This document shows positions 1 to 9,056 of a stretch of DNA of 64,000 nt, piece after piece. Both the position numbers and the translations under genes were made by a program. The DNA is from an uncultured cyanobacterium (GTDB lineage: Bacteria > Cyanobacteriota > Cyanobacteriia > CAKZMO01). The first letter of the stretch is position 1; every line of letters starts with the position of its first letter. Location of the stretch: contig CAVRCJ010000001.1 of NCBI GenBank assembly GCA_963719515.1, positions 223,153 through 287,152 on the forward strand, read 5' to 3'. The notes under the pieces are model-generated. The model saw only the letters and a list, made by a program, of their open reading frames with translations, searched no databases and was not told the DNA's origin.

Positions 1-985
1 CGACGTCAGCGCTTCCCGCTGATTGATCAAATAAATGCTGACTAGCGTAATTAAAACCCCTGCCCACTGGATTCCGCTGAGGCGCTCCCTTAAAAACAGG
101 TTGCCGAACGCCAGGGCAAAGATAGGCGTGAGGAACGTCAGCGAAGTAAAGCTGGTGAGGTCGCGGCTAGAGGCAAAGTAGAAAAACAAACCGTAAGCTG
201 CAGCGCTACCCAAGATAGAGGCGTAGCTGAGGGCCAGCCAGTCAGAGCCAGTGAGCTGCTGCCAAGGGGCTGCCTCACTCCACAGAGAGAGCCCCGCAAT
301 CACCACGCCCCCCAAAACCATGTGCCAGCCCGTAGCCATCACCGGGTCGCAGTGGCGGCAAACGTAGCGTACCATCACCGTCCCTACCGCCATAGACAGC
401 GCCGCCATGAGCATCAGCCACTCGCCGCTGCCCAACAGTTTCTCAAACAGCGGCCCCGCCGCCTCGCTCAAATGGCTCAGGGATAAATGACTTGAGGGGA
501 AGGCCTGCAGTACAGCGCCGTCTAGATGGCGAAGGGCCTCTAATCCAGACTCAAACCAGGCGTCAGGAAGCCCCAGCAGGCTAATTCCCAACACGCCCAA
601 CACAAGCCCCGCAGCCCCTACAACCCCAATCAGCTCTCCAAATAAAAATCGGGCCATCAGCGCCACGGCGATGGGCTGGGAGTCAATCATCACCGAGCCC
701 AGTCCGGCTCCCGTACGCACCAGGCCCAGCGCCAAAAAGCCCTGAAACAAAGCCCCGTCCACCAGCGCAAACAGCATTACCCACAGCCAGGCTCGCCAAC
801 CCGTCACCGCCGGGCGGCCCATGAGCCAGGCGACCAGCAGCACGAGCAGCCCAGCCGGTAGAAGGCGCAGGGTGGCCACGAATAGGGGAGCGGTGTGGGG
901 CAGGGCTCCCTTCATGGCTACCATTGCCGTTCCCCAGAGAAAGAATGGCGCGATGAGCAGCAGAGATTTGGCCTGTGAAAGCATA
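1..985 (-). CDS. DMT/EamA-family membrane transporter (partial, 3' end beyond window start)
   Basis: Reverse-strand open frame from the ATG at 985 (MLSQAKSLLLIAPFFLWGTAMVAMKG...) runs off the window. It is strongly hydrophobic with Gly/Ala/Leu-rich helices typical of 10-TM EamA transporters. It is absent from the ORF track because it is truncated by the window edge. Confidence 0.6.
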
Positions 986-1248
986 GGGTAGAGGCTAAGC
1001 GTATTGGGCTGACGTAGATGCTGAGCAGATAATGGACATAGAGCAGCGGGCTTTTGCCCGTCTAAATTCGAGCCTGAATGAGGCGGCTAACGCAGAGCAT
1101 TCATTATCTCTCAACTGTAATGAATTGTTAAGTGCCGAGGAAATCCGAGACGTCACTCTACCTGAGGCCATCGCTAAAACTAGTCTATTGAGGCACACTA
1201 GAGTACTAAGCTGTTTTGTCCGCCGGGATACTCAATAGATAGTTCACT

Positions 1249-2067
1249 ATGATTTGGCCGTTTACGCCCCGATTCCGCAAGCAAGTTGCTCGAATTGAAG
1301 TTACTGGAGCGATCGCAGGATCAACGCGCAAGCGCGTCCTTGAAGCCTTAGAAGAAGTCAAAGACCGCAAATTTCCGGCGCTGCTGCTGCGCATTGACAG
1401 CCCCGGCGGCACCGTCGGAGACTCCCAGGAAATCTACTCCGCCCTAAAGCGCCTGCAGGAGAGCGTTAAGGTGGTCGCGAGCTTCGGCAATATCTCCGCC
1501 TCGGGCGGGGTCTACATCGGCATGGGCGCTCAGCACATCGTGGCCAACCCGGGCACCATCACCGGCAGCATTGGGGTCATTTTGCGGGGCAACAACCTCG
1601 AAGAGCTGCTGGATAAAGTAGGGGTGTCCTTTAAAGTTATCAAATCTGGTCCTTACAAAGATATTTTGGCCTTCGACCGCGAGCTAACGCCGCCGGAGCA
1701 GGATATCCTGCAAGAGCTGATCGACACGAGCTACCTGCAGTTCGTAGATACGGTTGCTGAGGCCCGAGGACTGAGCGTCGAGGCCGTCAAGGCGTTTGCG
1801 GATGGCCGAATCTTTACCGGACAGCAGGCTGTAGAGCTAGGCGTGGTTGACCGTTTGGGCACTGAAGAGGACGCACGGCGGTGGGCAGCGGAGCTAGCAG
1901 GGCTCGACCCAGAGAAGACGGAAGTTTATACTCTAGAAGAACCCAAATCTTTGGTCAGTCGGCTTCTGTCAAGAAATCAGCTGTATTCTGCCGCCTCGGT
2001 GGGTGTCAACTGGTTAGAGTTTGAGATTCAGACCAGCGGTCTACCGCTGTGGCTCTACCGTCCTTAG
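1249..2067 (+). CDS. sppA: signal peptide peptidase SppA (S49 family, 36K type)
   Basis: Motifs GGTVGDSQEIY and ASGGVYIGMGAQHIVANPGTITGSIGVI, and a 272 aa length, are typical of the short SppA form. Confidence 0.85.
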   Translation: MIWPFTPRFRKQVARIEVTGAIAGSTRKRVLEALEEVKDRKFPALLLRIDSPGGTVGDSQEIYSALKRLQESVKVVASFGNISASGGVYIGMGAQHIVANPGTITGSIGVILRGNNLEELLDKVGVSFKVIKSGPYKDILAFDRELTPPEQDILQELIDTSYLQFVDTVAEARGLSVEAVKAFADGRIFTGQQAVELGVVDRLGTEEDARRWAAELAGLDPEKTEVYTLEEPKSLVSRLLSRNQLYSAASVGVNWLEFEIQTSGLPLWLYRP

Positions 2068-2105
2068 GGGGACTGCCAGTAGTATTAAACTAACAGTCGT
2101 GGCGT

Positions 2106-2528
2106 ATGGAGAATAGGCGTGTGGAGTGGAAGGTCAAAGCAATTCGGGGGGCGACCACTGCCTCAGAGAACACGGTTGAGGCGATACGAGAGGCGGTTAC
2201 CGAACTCGTCACCTTGCTAGAGGCATACAATCAAATCGACGCTGACCAGATTATCAGCACCACCTTCTCGGTGACCCGAGACCTAGATGCGGCTTTTCCA
2301 GCAGCGATCGCCCGCGAGCGGTCCCACTGGCAAGACGTGCCTATGATCGACCTGCAGCAGATGCACGTCGAGGGTAGCCTAGAGCGCTGCATTCGAGTGC
2401 TGATCCACGTCAATAGACCCACCACCGCGCCTCCCGTTCACCACACCTATCTCCGGCAGGCCAGCGAGCTGCGCCCCGAGTGGAGTCTGGCCCAGCTGAC
2501 GATGGAGAGCAATCGCAGCTCTGTGTAG
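2106..2528 (+). CDS. aroH: chorismate mutase, AroH class
   Basis: The N-terminal KAIRGATTASENT motif (VRGIRGATT signature of monofunctional AroH chorismate mutases) and the small size support this. The C-terminal ~35 aa may be a readthrough extension. Confidence 0.7.
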   Translation: MENRRVEWKVKAIRGATTASENTVEAIREAVTELVTLLEAYNQIDADQIISTTFSVTRDLDAAFPAAIARERSHWQDVPMIDLQQMHVEGSLERCIRVLIHVNRPTTAPPVHHTYLRQASELRPEWSLAQLTMESNRSSV

Positions 2529-2774
2529 CGCTGTCGGGCCGGTCTGCTGTCACGAGGCGGCAGCGCATGGTCTAGCGTTCTGCCGCACGACGGCCTCATA
2601 AGAAAAACGACGATTAGACTGCTCCAATCGCCGAACTCACCTTAGACAACTACACTGGCCTGAACAATGCGTTAACCCGGTGGAGGGGGGTGCGGCCTGT
2701 CAGGCAAAGTTAGCAGACGCGCTCTGAACTCAATTCCCCGGAGCTTTACCTCAAAGGACGCGATCGCCGCCAAT

Positions 2775-3407
2775 TTGTTTCAGTCGGCGCTTCTTTTTCC
2801 TGCAGTTATTTTTCAGACTGCCAGAAACTGGTGGCAGAGCAGCCTGAGTGCAATCCCCGTGACTAAACAACTTCACATCCAGCCCGCCAACCTGTCCGCC
2901 GCCCAGCAGCTAGCACAGTTTGCCGAGCAGGCATTCCGTGACGCATTCGCCGACGACAGCTCGCCCGACGATATGGAGACGTACATCCGCGAGTCGTTCT
3001 CCCTTAGCCGCATCCAGTCCGAGCTGGCAGACGAGGCCAACCGATTTTTTGTGGCGGTTAGCCCTGACGACGCCCTGGTGGGCTACGCCAAGCTTCGAGC
3101 CGGAACGCTAGACCCGAGCGTGTCGGGCTCAAATCCAATCGAGCTTGAGCGGATCTACGTGGGCCAAAGCGCGATTGGCTGTGGGGTGGGTGCCGCGCTC
3201 ATGCAGGCGAGCCTCACTGCTGCTCGGCTAGACGGATACCGTACCCTGTGGCTGGGGGTATGGGAGCGAAACCACCGGGCGATCGCTTTCTATAAGCGGT
3301 GGGGATTTGAGGTCGTGGGGGACCATGTGTTTCGGCTCGGCTCAGAAGATCAAACGGACCTGGTCATGGAGCGGCCCGTGGCTCCTTCCGGCGACTGTAT
3401 TGTGTGA
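2775..3407 (+). CDS. GNAT family N-acetyltransferase (start codon uncertain)
   Basis: The C-terminal core RIYVGQSAIGCGVGAALM...YRTLWLGVWERNHRAIAFYKRWGFEVVG matches GNAT motifs A and B. The N-terminal 30-40 codons look like non-coding extension. Confidence 0.7.
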   Translation: MFQSALLFPAVIFQTARNWWQSSLSAIPVTKQLHIQPANLSAAQQLAQFAEQAFRDAFADDSSPDDMETYIRESFSLSRIQSELADEANRFFVAVSPDDALVGYAKLRAGTLDPSVSGSNPIELERIYVGQSAIGCGVGAALMQASLTAARLDGYRTLWLGVWERNHRAIAFYKRWGFEVVGDHVFRLGSEDQTDLVMERPVAPSGDCIV

Positions 3408-3486
3408 CACAACAGCGGAGCCGGTGCTCGCCCATACTGAAGGGCAACTTTTAAGGTCGTTGATCCTATCGCCCGAGTCAAGTCTA

Positions 3487-4161
3487 ATGCGGCTGCTGTT
3501 GGTTGAGGATGATGTTCAGCTTGCAGACTCGCTGACCGAAATTCTAGAGTCTCAGCACTATATTGTCGATACCGTCAAAGACGGTGAATCCGGCTGGTGC
3601 CAAATGCAGCTGATGGAGTATGACCTAACGCTGCTGGACGTCACCTTGCCCTGCCTAGACGGCATTCGGCTATGTCAGCGTATTCGGGGGCAGGGGTACG
3701 GGCTGCCGGTGCTGATGTTGACGGCCCGCGACACCAGCGAAGACAAGGTGCGGGGCCTGGACTCGGGGGCGGATGCCTACATGGTGAAGCCCTTTGACCT
3801 ATCCGAGCTGCTGGCGCAGATCAGGGCATTGCTGCGCCGGGGTGGCTCGCCCCTCGCGAAGCGGCTGACCTGGAAAGAGCTGACGCTGGATCCAAGCACC
3901 TACGACGTGAGCTACGGCAGGCGGCCACTGCGGTTGACGCCCAAGGAGTTCTCTATCCTAGAGCTGTTGATGCGCAACGGACGGCGCGTTCTGAGTCGGG
4001 CCTTTGTTTTACAGTCGTTGTGGTCGATGCAAAGCCCGCCGGATGAGGAAACGATCAAGGCCCACATTAAGAGTTTGCGCTACAAGCTCAAGTCAGTGGG
4101 GGCACCTAAGGCATTGATTGAAACGGTCCACGGGGTAGGCTACCGGCTGCAGCAGCCCTAA
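3487..4161 (+). CDS. OmpR-family two-component response regulator
   Basis: MRLLLVEDD receiver start, D in LTLLDVTLP, ...LTARD..., and C-terminal winged helix (LTPKEFSILELLMRNGRRVLSR...VHGVGYRL). The ORF-track start at 3307 is an upstream extension, so the internal ATG at 3487 was chosen. Confidence 0.85.
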   Translation: MRLLLVEDDVQLADSLTEILESQHYIVDTVKDGESGWCQMQLMEYDLTLLDVTLPCLDGIRLCQRIRGQGYGLPVLMLTARDTSEDKVRGLDSGADAYMVKPFDLSELLAQIRALLRRGGSPLAKRLTWKELTLDPSTYDVSYGRRPLRLTPKEFSILELLMRNGRRVLSRAFVLQSLWSMQSPPDEETIKAHIKSLRYKLKSVGAPKALIETVHGVGYRLQQP

Positions 4162-4914
4162 TCGATCTGCGGCAGCGTCACCTGGAAGGTGGTGCCCTGC
4201 CCCACGGCGCTGCGATACGTCAGCGTCCCGTGGTGGAGCCGCAGGCAGGCGTTGACCACCGACAGCCCCAACCCCGTTCCCCCAACCTCACCCACGTTTC
4301 TCCCTCGGTAAAAGGCCTGGTAAAGGCGATCGCGATCGCGCTTGGGGATGCCAATGCCCTGGTCCTGCACTTCAAAGATAATTTGGTGGGACTGACGGGT
4401 GAGGGTGAGGGTCACCTGGGGGACAGGGCCAGAATACTTCACGGCGTTGGAGAGCAGGTTGGTCAAAATCGCCCGCAGCAGCTAGGGGTCAAGGTAGGCT
4501 TTGGCGTCACCGCTCGGTGATTTGGGCGGTGGGGCTGGTTTGGGCGCGGAGGGCGGCTTCAAAGCTGGGGCGATCGCCGTTGGTGATGACGGGAGCCCAT
4601 TCGAGGGCCTGGATGCCGGGGTAGGTGGCCAAAGCGCGCTGCACAAAGGCGTTGAAGCGATCGCGGGGAATGGGCTCTGGCGAGACGCGGTAGAAGTCGC
4701 CGAGGGCCAGCAGTACGTCGGTGTAGCGGTTGAGGCTGCGCTGCAGGGCGGTGGTGAGGCTGTCGGTTTGGCGCTGGAACTGGAGGCGATCGTGGGCCTG
4801 CTCCCAGCGGGCGACGGCCAGGCTGGCGGCGATCGATAGGCTGGTGCCGAGGAGGAGGGAGAAGGCGATTGGGGGGGTGAGGCGATGGAGGTATCGCAAG
4901 GGCGATCGCGGCAT
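4158..4914 (-). pseudogene. sensor histidine kinase remnant (CHASE-like N-terminal fragment plus HATPase_c C-terminal fragment, joined over an internal stop)
   Basis: ORF 4507-4914 encodes a TM segment plus YPGIQALEWAPVI (CHASE-like). ORF 4158-4466 encodes only the ATP-binding N-box/G-boxes (LLSNAVKYSG...DQGIGIP...GGTGLGLSVV). HisKA/H-box and linker are missing, and a TAG lies between the fragments. It is convergent with, and overlaps by 4 bp, the response regulator gene. Confidence 0.55.
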
Positions 4915-5019
4915 GGCGAGTAGCGATGGAGATATCGCGGGGGCGTTGGGTGTTGGGCGATCGGGGCGGTTGGGGCGATCGAGGTGTTGGGGCGGGTTTG
5001 GCTGGGAGGTTTTGGGATG

Positions 5020-5080
5020 TTCAGATATGTTACTGCTAAACCCGCCTGTACGGTGGGGAGGGGCGGTTGGGGAATTGGGA
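5020..5080. repeat. REP-like sequence copy (gctaaacccgcc[t/c]gtacggtg...)
   Basis: Same ~35 bp motif as at 5862-5900 and 6130-6170. It lies immediately 3' of the RAYT gene. Confidence 0.5.
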
Positions 5081-5082
5081 AA

Positions 5083-5628
5083 TTAGGGGCGGCGGGATTT
5101 TTGTTGCCATGCGGTGGGGTTGGCCTGGATATAGCGTTGGATGTTTTGCATGGCGATCGTGTCGCGAATGATGCGTTCGTAGAAGTTGCGCTGCCAGACG
5201 GAGAGTCCTGGCGTTTGGCGGATTTGGTTGATGCGTCGGGTGGAGAATGTCTTGAAGCCGCGAATGATTTCGGAAATGCTGTGACGCTTTGGGCGATTCT
5301 CCTGCGGAGATGCTGCGCAAACGCCTTTTGAAGGGGGCAGATCCATGCTGGACGGGTCGTGGTCGAGAATCAAGATACCATGCATGTGGTCGGGCATGAT
5401 GATGAATTCGTCGAGGGTTAGATGCCGATGGTGTTTTGGTAGTTTCATCCAGTGGCCTCGGGCGGTTCGTCCGATCTGGTTGAGCTGCATTTCGCCGTTG
5501 ATGACTTTGCCAAAGAGGCGATCGCGCCGGTAGGCGCAGATGGTAATGAAGTAGGCTCCGGCGGAGGTGTAGTCGTAGCCTTTGAGGCGGATTGAGCGGC
5601 GGTGGTGTCTTTGGGGGTCGTATTTCAT
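5083..5628 (-). CDS. REP-associated tyrosine transposase (RAYT, IS200-like TnpA_REP)
   Basis: MKYDPQRHHRRSIRLKGYDYTSAGAYFITICAYRRDRLFG..., HUH motif PDHMHGILIL, and catalytic Y in QRNFYERIIRD. The ORF-track frame extends 107 codons further upstream into the repeat array, so it was trimmed to the ATG at 5628. Confidence 0.75.
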   Translation of the reverse strand: MKYDPQRHHRRSIRLKGYDYTSAGAYFITICAYRRDRLFGKVINGEMQLNQIGRTARGHWMKLPKHHRHLTLDEFIIMPDHMHGILILDHDPSSMDLPPSKGVCAASPQENRPKRHSISEIIRGFKTFSTRRINQIRQTPGLSVWQRNFYERIIRDTIAMQNIQRYIQANPTAWQQKSRRP

Positions 5629-5689
5629 GAGTTGGCGTTTGGATGCATCCGTTTGCAGGATGCCCAAATGGCGCGAATCGCGAGAGGGG

Positions 5690-6245
5690 AGGATGGGCGA
5701 TGAGAATTTCGGAGGGGCGAGATGGGCGATCGCGTGGTGCGTGGATGGGGGATGGGAATTTCGGAGGGGCGAAAGGGGCGATCGCGCGGTACGTGGATGG
5801 GCGATGAAAATTTCGGAGGGGCGGGTTTGGCAGTAACGTTTTGGGCTGTTCCGATAGTTGCGGCTAAACCCGCCCGTACGGTGTGTGGAGGGGCGTTTGG
5901 GGGGATGAATTCGTGGGGCGATCGCGCGCAGCGAATTTATCGTATTCATTGCAGAATGATGGAGGGGCGATAAAAGTTTCGTCGGGGTGGGATGGCGATC
6001 GCGTGGCGCATGGATGGGCGAGGGGAATTTTGGAAGGGCGAGAGGGGCGATCGCGCGGCGTATGGATGGGCGATGAGAATTTCGGAGGGGCGGGTTTTGC
6101 AGTAACGTTTTGGGCTGTTCCGATAGTTGCGGCTAAACCCGCCCGTACGGTGTGTGGAGGGGCGTTTGAGGGGATAAATTCATGGGGCGGTCGCGTCGAT
6201 GCATCATGGAATTTGGCGTTCGTGTAGCGAATGCGCAGCATTATC
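5690..6245. repeat. two tandem ~270-bp repeat units, each with ~60-bp sub-repeats (gggcgatcgcg..gtggatggg...tttcggaggggcg) and a terminal REP-like motif
   Basis: Direct comparison of 5693-5960 with 5985-6240 shows near-identical blocks, including ggtttggcagtaacgttttgggctgttccgatagttgcggctaaacccgcccgtacggtgtgtggaggggcgtttg. Confidence 0.7.
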
Positions 6246-6262
6246 GCGTAGCATTTATCGCA

Positions 6263-6631
6263 TCAGGGCATTTTTGATTTGGAAGATGGCATCGGATGAG
6301 GGGGCGAGGCTTCCGTTGATCCAGCGGTTGATGTTGTAGGCGGCGGCGCGAAGATGATGATGAAGGTGGCGTGGGGGATGAGGCGACGTAGGGTGCGGCA
6401 GTGGGCGTCGGCGTCGTTGCGTTTGCGGAAGCGGGCGACGGTGATGCGCTGGGCGTTTGGCAGCAGGCGGATGATGCACCAGGGGTGGAGCTGCTGGCGG
6501 TAGGATTCTGCGGCGAGGCGAGATGTTGGTACCATGGGGGAATATTCCCCGCTTTTGCGGGGTTTGAGAGATGGCAACTGCCCGAAACTTGCCGGTGGGA
6601 GACAGTTGCCTTTGTGTTGCATAAGTCTCAT
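6263..6631 (-). CDS. hypothetical protein (weak; frame ambiguity with overlapping 6255-6635 ORF)
   Basis: Two overlapping reverse ORFs with no recognisable motifs. It is divergent from the XRE gene. Confidence 0.2.
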   Translation of the reverse strand: MRLMQHKGNCLPPASFGQLPSLKPRKSGEYSPMVPTSRLAAESYRQQLHPWCIIRLLPNAQRITVARFRKRNDADAHCRTLRRLIPHATFIIIFAPPPTTSTAGSTEASPPHPMPSSKSKMP

Positions 6632-6633
6632 TC

Positions 6634-6653
6634 AAATACGAGTATTCGTATTT
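6634..6653. promoter_or_regulatory. 8-4-8 inverted repeat AAATACGAgtatTCGTATTT, candidate operator
   Basis: Perfect palindrome arms 12 bp upstream of the XRE-family gene start. This is a typical autoregulatory operator position. Confidence 0.35.
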
Positions 6654-6664
6654 GTCAAGGCGGT

Positions 6665-6877
6665 ATGGGTAAGATTCGCTTGCGGATTAAGGCGCTGGTT
6701 AAGGAGCGGGGATGGACGATGAAGGAGGTTGCGAGGCGGGCGGACATTCCTTACACGACGGTTGCGACCTACGCCAATTCTCCGGGTATGGCGACGGTGG
6801 ATTATACCGCGCTGCATAAGCTGGCTCGGGTGTTCGAGATTTCTGTTGAGGAGCTGGTGGAGATTGTGGAGGAGTAA
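6665..6877 (+). CDS. XRE-family helix-turn-helix transcriptional regulator (70 aa)
   Basis: MGKIRLRIKALVKERGWTMKEVARRADIPYTTVATYANSP...LHKLARVFEISVEELVEIV matches the HTH_XRE pattern. The internal ATG at 6665 is preferred over the 158-aa ORF-track frame. Confidence 0.7.
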   Translation: MGKIRLRIKALVKERGWTMKEVARRADIPYTTVATYANSPGMATVDYTALHKLARVFEISVEELVEIVEE

Positions 6878-6907
6878 GCGGCAGTTCTATCTGAGAATGG
6901 CTGTAAA

Positions 6908-8272
6908 TTGCTGATTTGCCGGATGAGTTGGGGCCTGTGGAGCCGTAGGGGTGAGGGAGGCGATTGCCTGAACGAACCTATCACGCGAGGTTGCCGAATA
7001 TCAGGAGATATAGTGAGTCGATCAATTCCTCAAATTGTGTCTGATTGGAAAAGAACTCTCCTCCTAGACATACAGCCCAGCTACAAGGTATGGCAGCAGC
7101 GCTTCATGCATCAACGTCTTGTCATAGCGATCACGTTAACGCTGGGAATTTATATCGTCCTCACTCTATTGCGCCTTATTACTGCTTCTACATCCCTTGC
7201 TCCTACTCCTGGTTGGCTTTCTATGGCACTTTTGGTGCAGCTCTCACTGTTGTTTTGCTTGTTATTACTACGCTTTCCTTTAGGCCGTCAACACCCCGAA
7301 CTAATATTTCTAGCCGCGTCTTTGACGGTCACGCTGTTGGAACAAATATGGGCTACACTTAACGGCTTTGCTTATGCTGGGCTACGCTCTTGGACGCTAG
7401 TTTTTCTTGTTCAGAGCACACTTATACCCATACGCTGGCCGCTTCATCTATTGTCTCAATCAATAGTGCTTATATACTTTTATGCCGTCAATATGGCACT
7501 CGATTTGCCCCTGGCCAACGACACTTTAGAGTGGAACTCTCGCCAAACTATTTATATATTCTGCTTTTGTGGAATATCTACTCTATCAGTATATTTTTAC
7601 GATCGTCTTCGGTGGAACGAGTTTAAGACCCAGCAAGTGCTAAAAGCGCAAAAAAATCGCTCTGAGCAGCTACTGTTCAATATCTTGCCTCAGGTGATAG
7701 CAGAAGAAAATATAAGCTCAGATAGCTTTGCGGAAGCTACAGTGCTATTTGCAGATATTGTGGGTTTTGCTCAGAAGGCACCGAGTATATTACCTCACAA
7801 AACTGTAGATCTACTCAATCAAATATTTTCTATCTTCGATCAGCTCGCAGTACAGTATAAGCTAGAGACAGTTAAGGCTATCGGTAATGCGTATATCGTC
7901 GTAGGAGGCATCACCGCCGACAATTCAAATCATGCCGAGATGATTGCAGATATGGCATTGGCCATGCGGAAGGCATTTGTAAAACTAAGTCGTGAGCAAG
8001 GATATACCTTGAAACTTCGTATTGGCATCAATACTGGCCCTGTCTTTGCCACTATTATAGGGCGTAGCCGTTTTGTCTATGACATTTCAGGAGACACTGT
8101 TGACATTGCTAACTACATGGAGTCTAAAGGAGAGCCAGGAGCTATTCAGGTAACTGAAGCGGTATTGCTCTGTCTAGGCAACAATCGCTACCGTGTAGAG
8201 GAACGTGGACTAGTATATGTTGAAGAAGTAAAAGAAAATGTGCTTACCTACTGGCTCACAGGTAAAGTTTAG
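6908..8272 (+). CDS. membrane-anchored class III adenylate/guanylate cyclase (N-terminal multi-TM domain plus CHD catalytic domain); start uncertain
   Basis: Catalytic domain motifs VLFADIVGFAQKAP, KAIGNAYIVVGGI and GINTGPVFATIIGRSRFVYDISGDTVDIANYMES. ~6 hydrophobic helices upstream. The region is visibly AT-richer than its flanks. Confidence 0.8.
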   Translation: MLICRMSWGLWSRRGEGGDCLNEPITRGCRISGDIVSRSIPQIVSDWKRTLLLDIQPSYKVWQQRFMHQRLVIAITLTLGIYIVLTLLRLITASTSLAPTPGWLSMALLVQLSLLFCLLLLRFPLGRQHPELIFLAASLTVTLLEQIWATLNGFAYAGLRSWTLVFLVQSTLIPIRWPLHLLSQSIVLIYFYAVNMALDLPLANDTLEWNSRQTIYIFCFCGISTLSVYFYDRLRWNEFKTQQVLKAQKNRSEQLLFNILPQVIAEENISSDSFAEATVLFADIVGFAQKAPSILPHKTVDLLNQIFSIFDQLAVQYKLETVKAIGNAYIVVGGITADNSNHAEMIADMALAMRKAFVKLSREQGYTLKLRIGINTGPVFATIIGRSRFVYDISGDTVDIANYMESKGEPGAIQVTEAVLLCLGNNRYRVEERGLVYVEEVKENVLTYWLTGKV

Positions 8273-8318
8273 AAATCAAAAACTTTTCTGAACACTATTA
8301 CCTTTCATCTCAGCAAGT

Positions 8319-9056
8319 CTAGCTTTTGTATCTGGCTTCCCAAAAAGCAGTGTATTCATACGCCCACCACCGTCTTGGTGGGGATACGTGAGAGTTGATT
8401 TCTTGATAAGCTTTACCATTGTTTCTAGCATAGGAGGCCATGTGCTGGGCATAATTCAGGAGTGCTGAATATTCCTTAAGTGGGCTAGCGAGGTTGAGAA
8501 TTAAAGTCGATATACGATTCAAGTCCGCCAAATCGTGCTTGTAGGTATAAGAAAGAGCTTGACCTAGTTCTTGAGCCGCTTGAGCCGGCTGACTGTACGC
8601 CAACGCTCCCCACCGCTGCACCTGAATATACTCTTGTGATGTCAGTTCACTGCTATGAAGCTGTTCCTCAACATAATCGAGAGTAAACTCTGCTAATTCT
8701 CGAATACGATCGCTACCAAATTGGGGATCGGCTTCTAAGATATGCAATAGTGCTTGTCGCAAGCGTGGCTTCATTTCATAGAGGTCGTATCCCACGGATT
8801 CACAAAGACCCGATGCCACCAACAGATCGGTTACCGACTCCCATGGAATTGGCTCTAGTTCTCCTTGAAACTCATCTCGGATATTACCCCAAATCCGATA
8901 GAGTAAGTCAGGCGTCAATGATATGGGAAATGCTGCATGGCAAGCCAGCCTTAAGCAAGCTTCACCGTAGCGTTCAGCAAAAGTCTGAATGTACGTCTGC
9001 GAATCTTCGGATGTTGAAATCTCATCATTTTTATACCGAACAGAGTTGCGTATCAC
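8319..9056 (-). CDS. hypothetical protein, third gene of the MoxR-vWA operon (4-bp ATGA overlap with vWA gene)
   Basis: No recognisable motif. It is translationally coupled to the vWA gene. It is AT-richer than the upstream operon genes. Confidence 0.45.
   Translation of the reverse strand: MIRNSVRYKNDEISTSEDSQTYIQTFAERYGEACLRLACHAAFPISLTPDLLYRIWGNIRDEFQGELEPIPWESVTDLLVASGLCESVGYDLYEMKPRLRQALLHILEADPQFGSDRIRELAEFTLDYVEEQLHSSELTSQEYIQVQRWGALAYSQPAQAAQELGQALSYTYKHDLADLNRISTLILNLASPLKEYSALLNYAQHMASYARNNGKAYQEINSHVSPPRRWWAYEYTAFWEARYKS

Noticed and set aside
4230-5086. Gly/Ala-rich plus-strand ORFs (4230-4520, 4501-4839, 4730-5086)
   Set aside because: They are antisense to the histidine kinase fragments or run through the REP region. 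Their GC-rich, low-complexity translations are typical of spurious frames.
5083-5949. Full 288-aa ORF-track frame for the RAYT gene
   Set aside because: The first 107 codons overlap the tandem/REP repeats and have no homology to the transposase. The gene was trimmed to the internal ATG at 5628.
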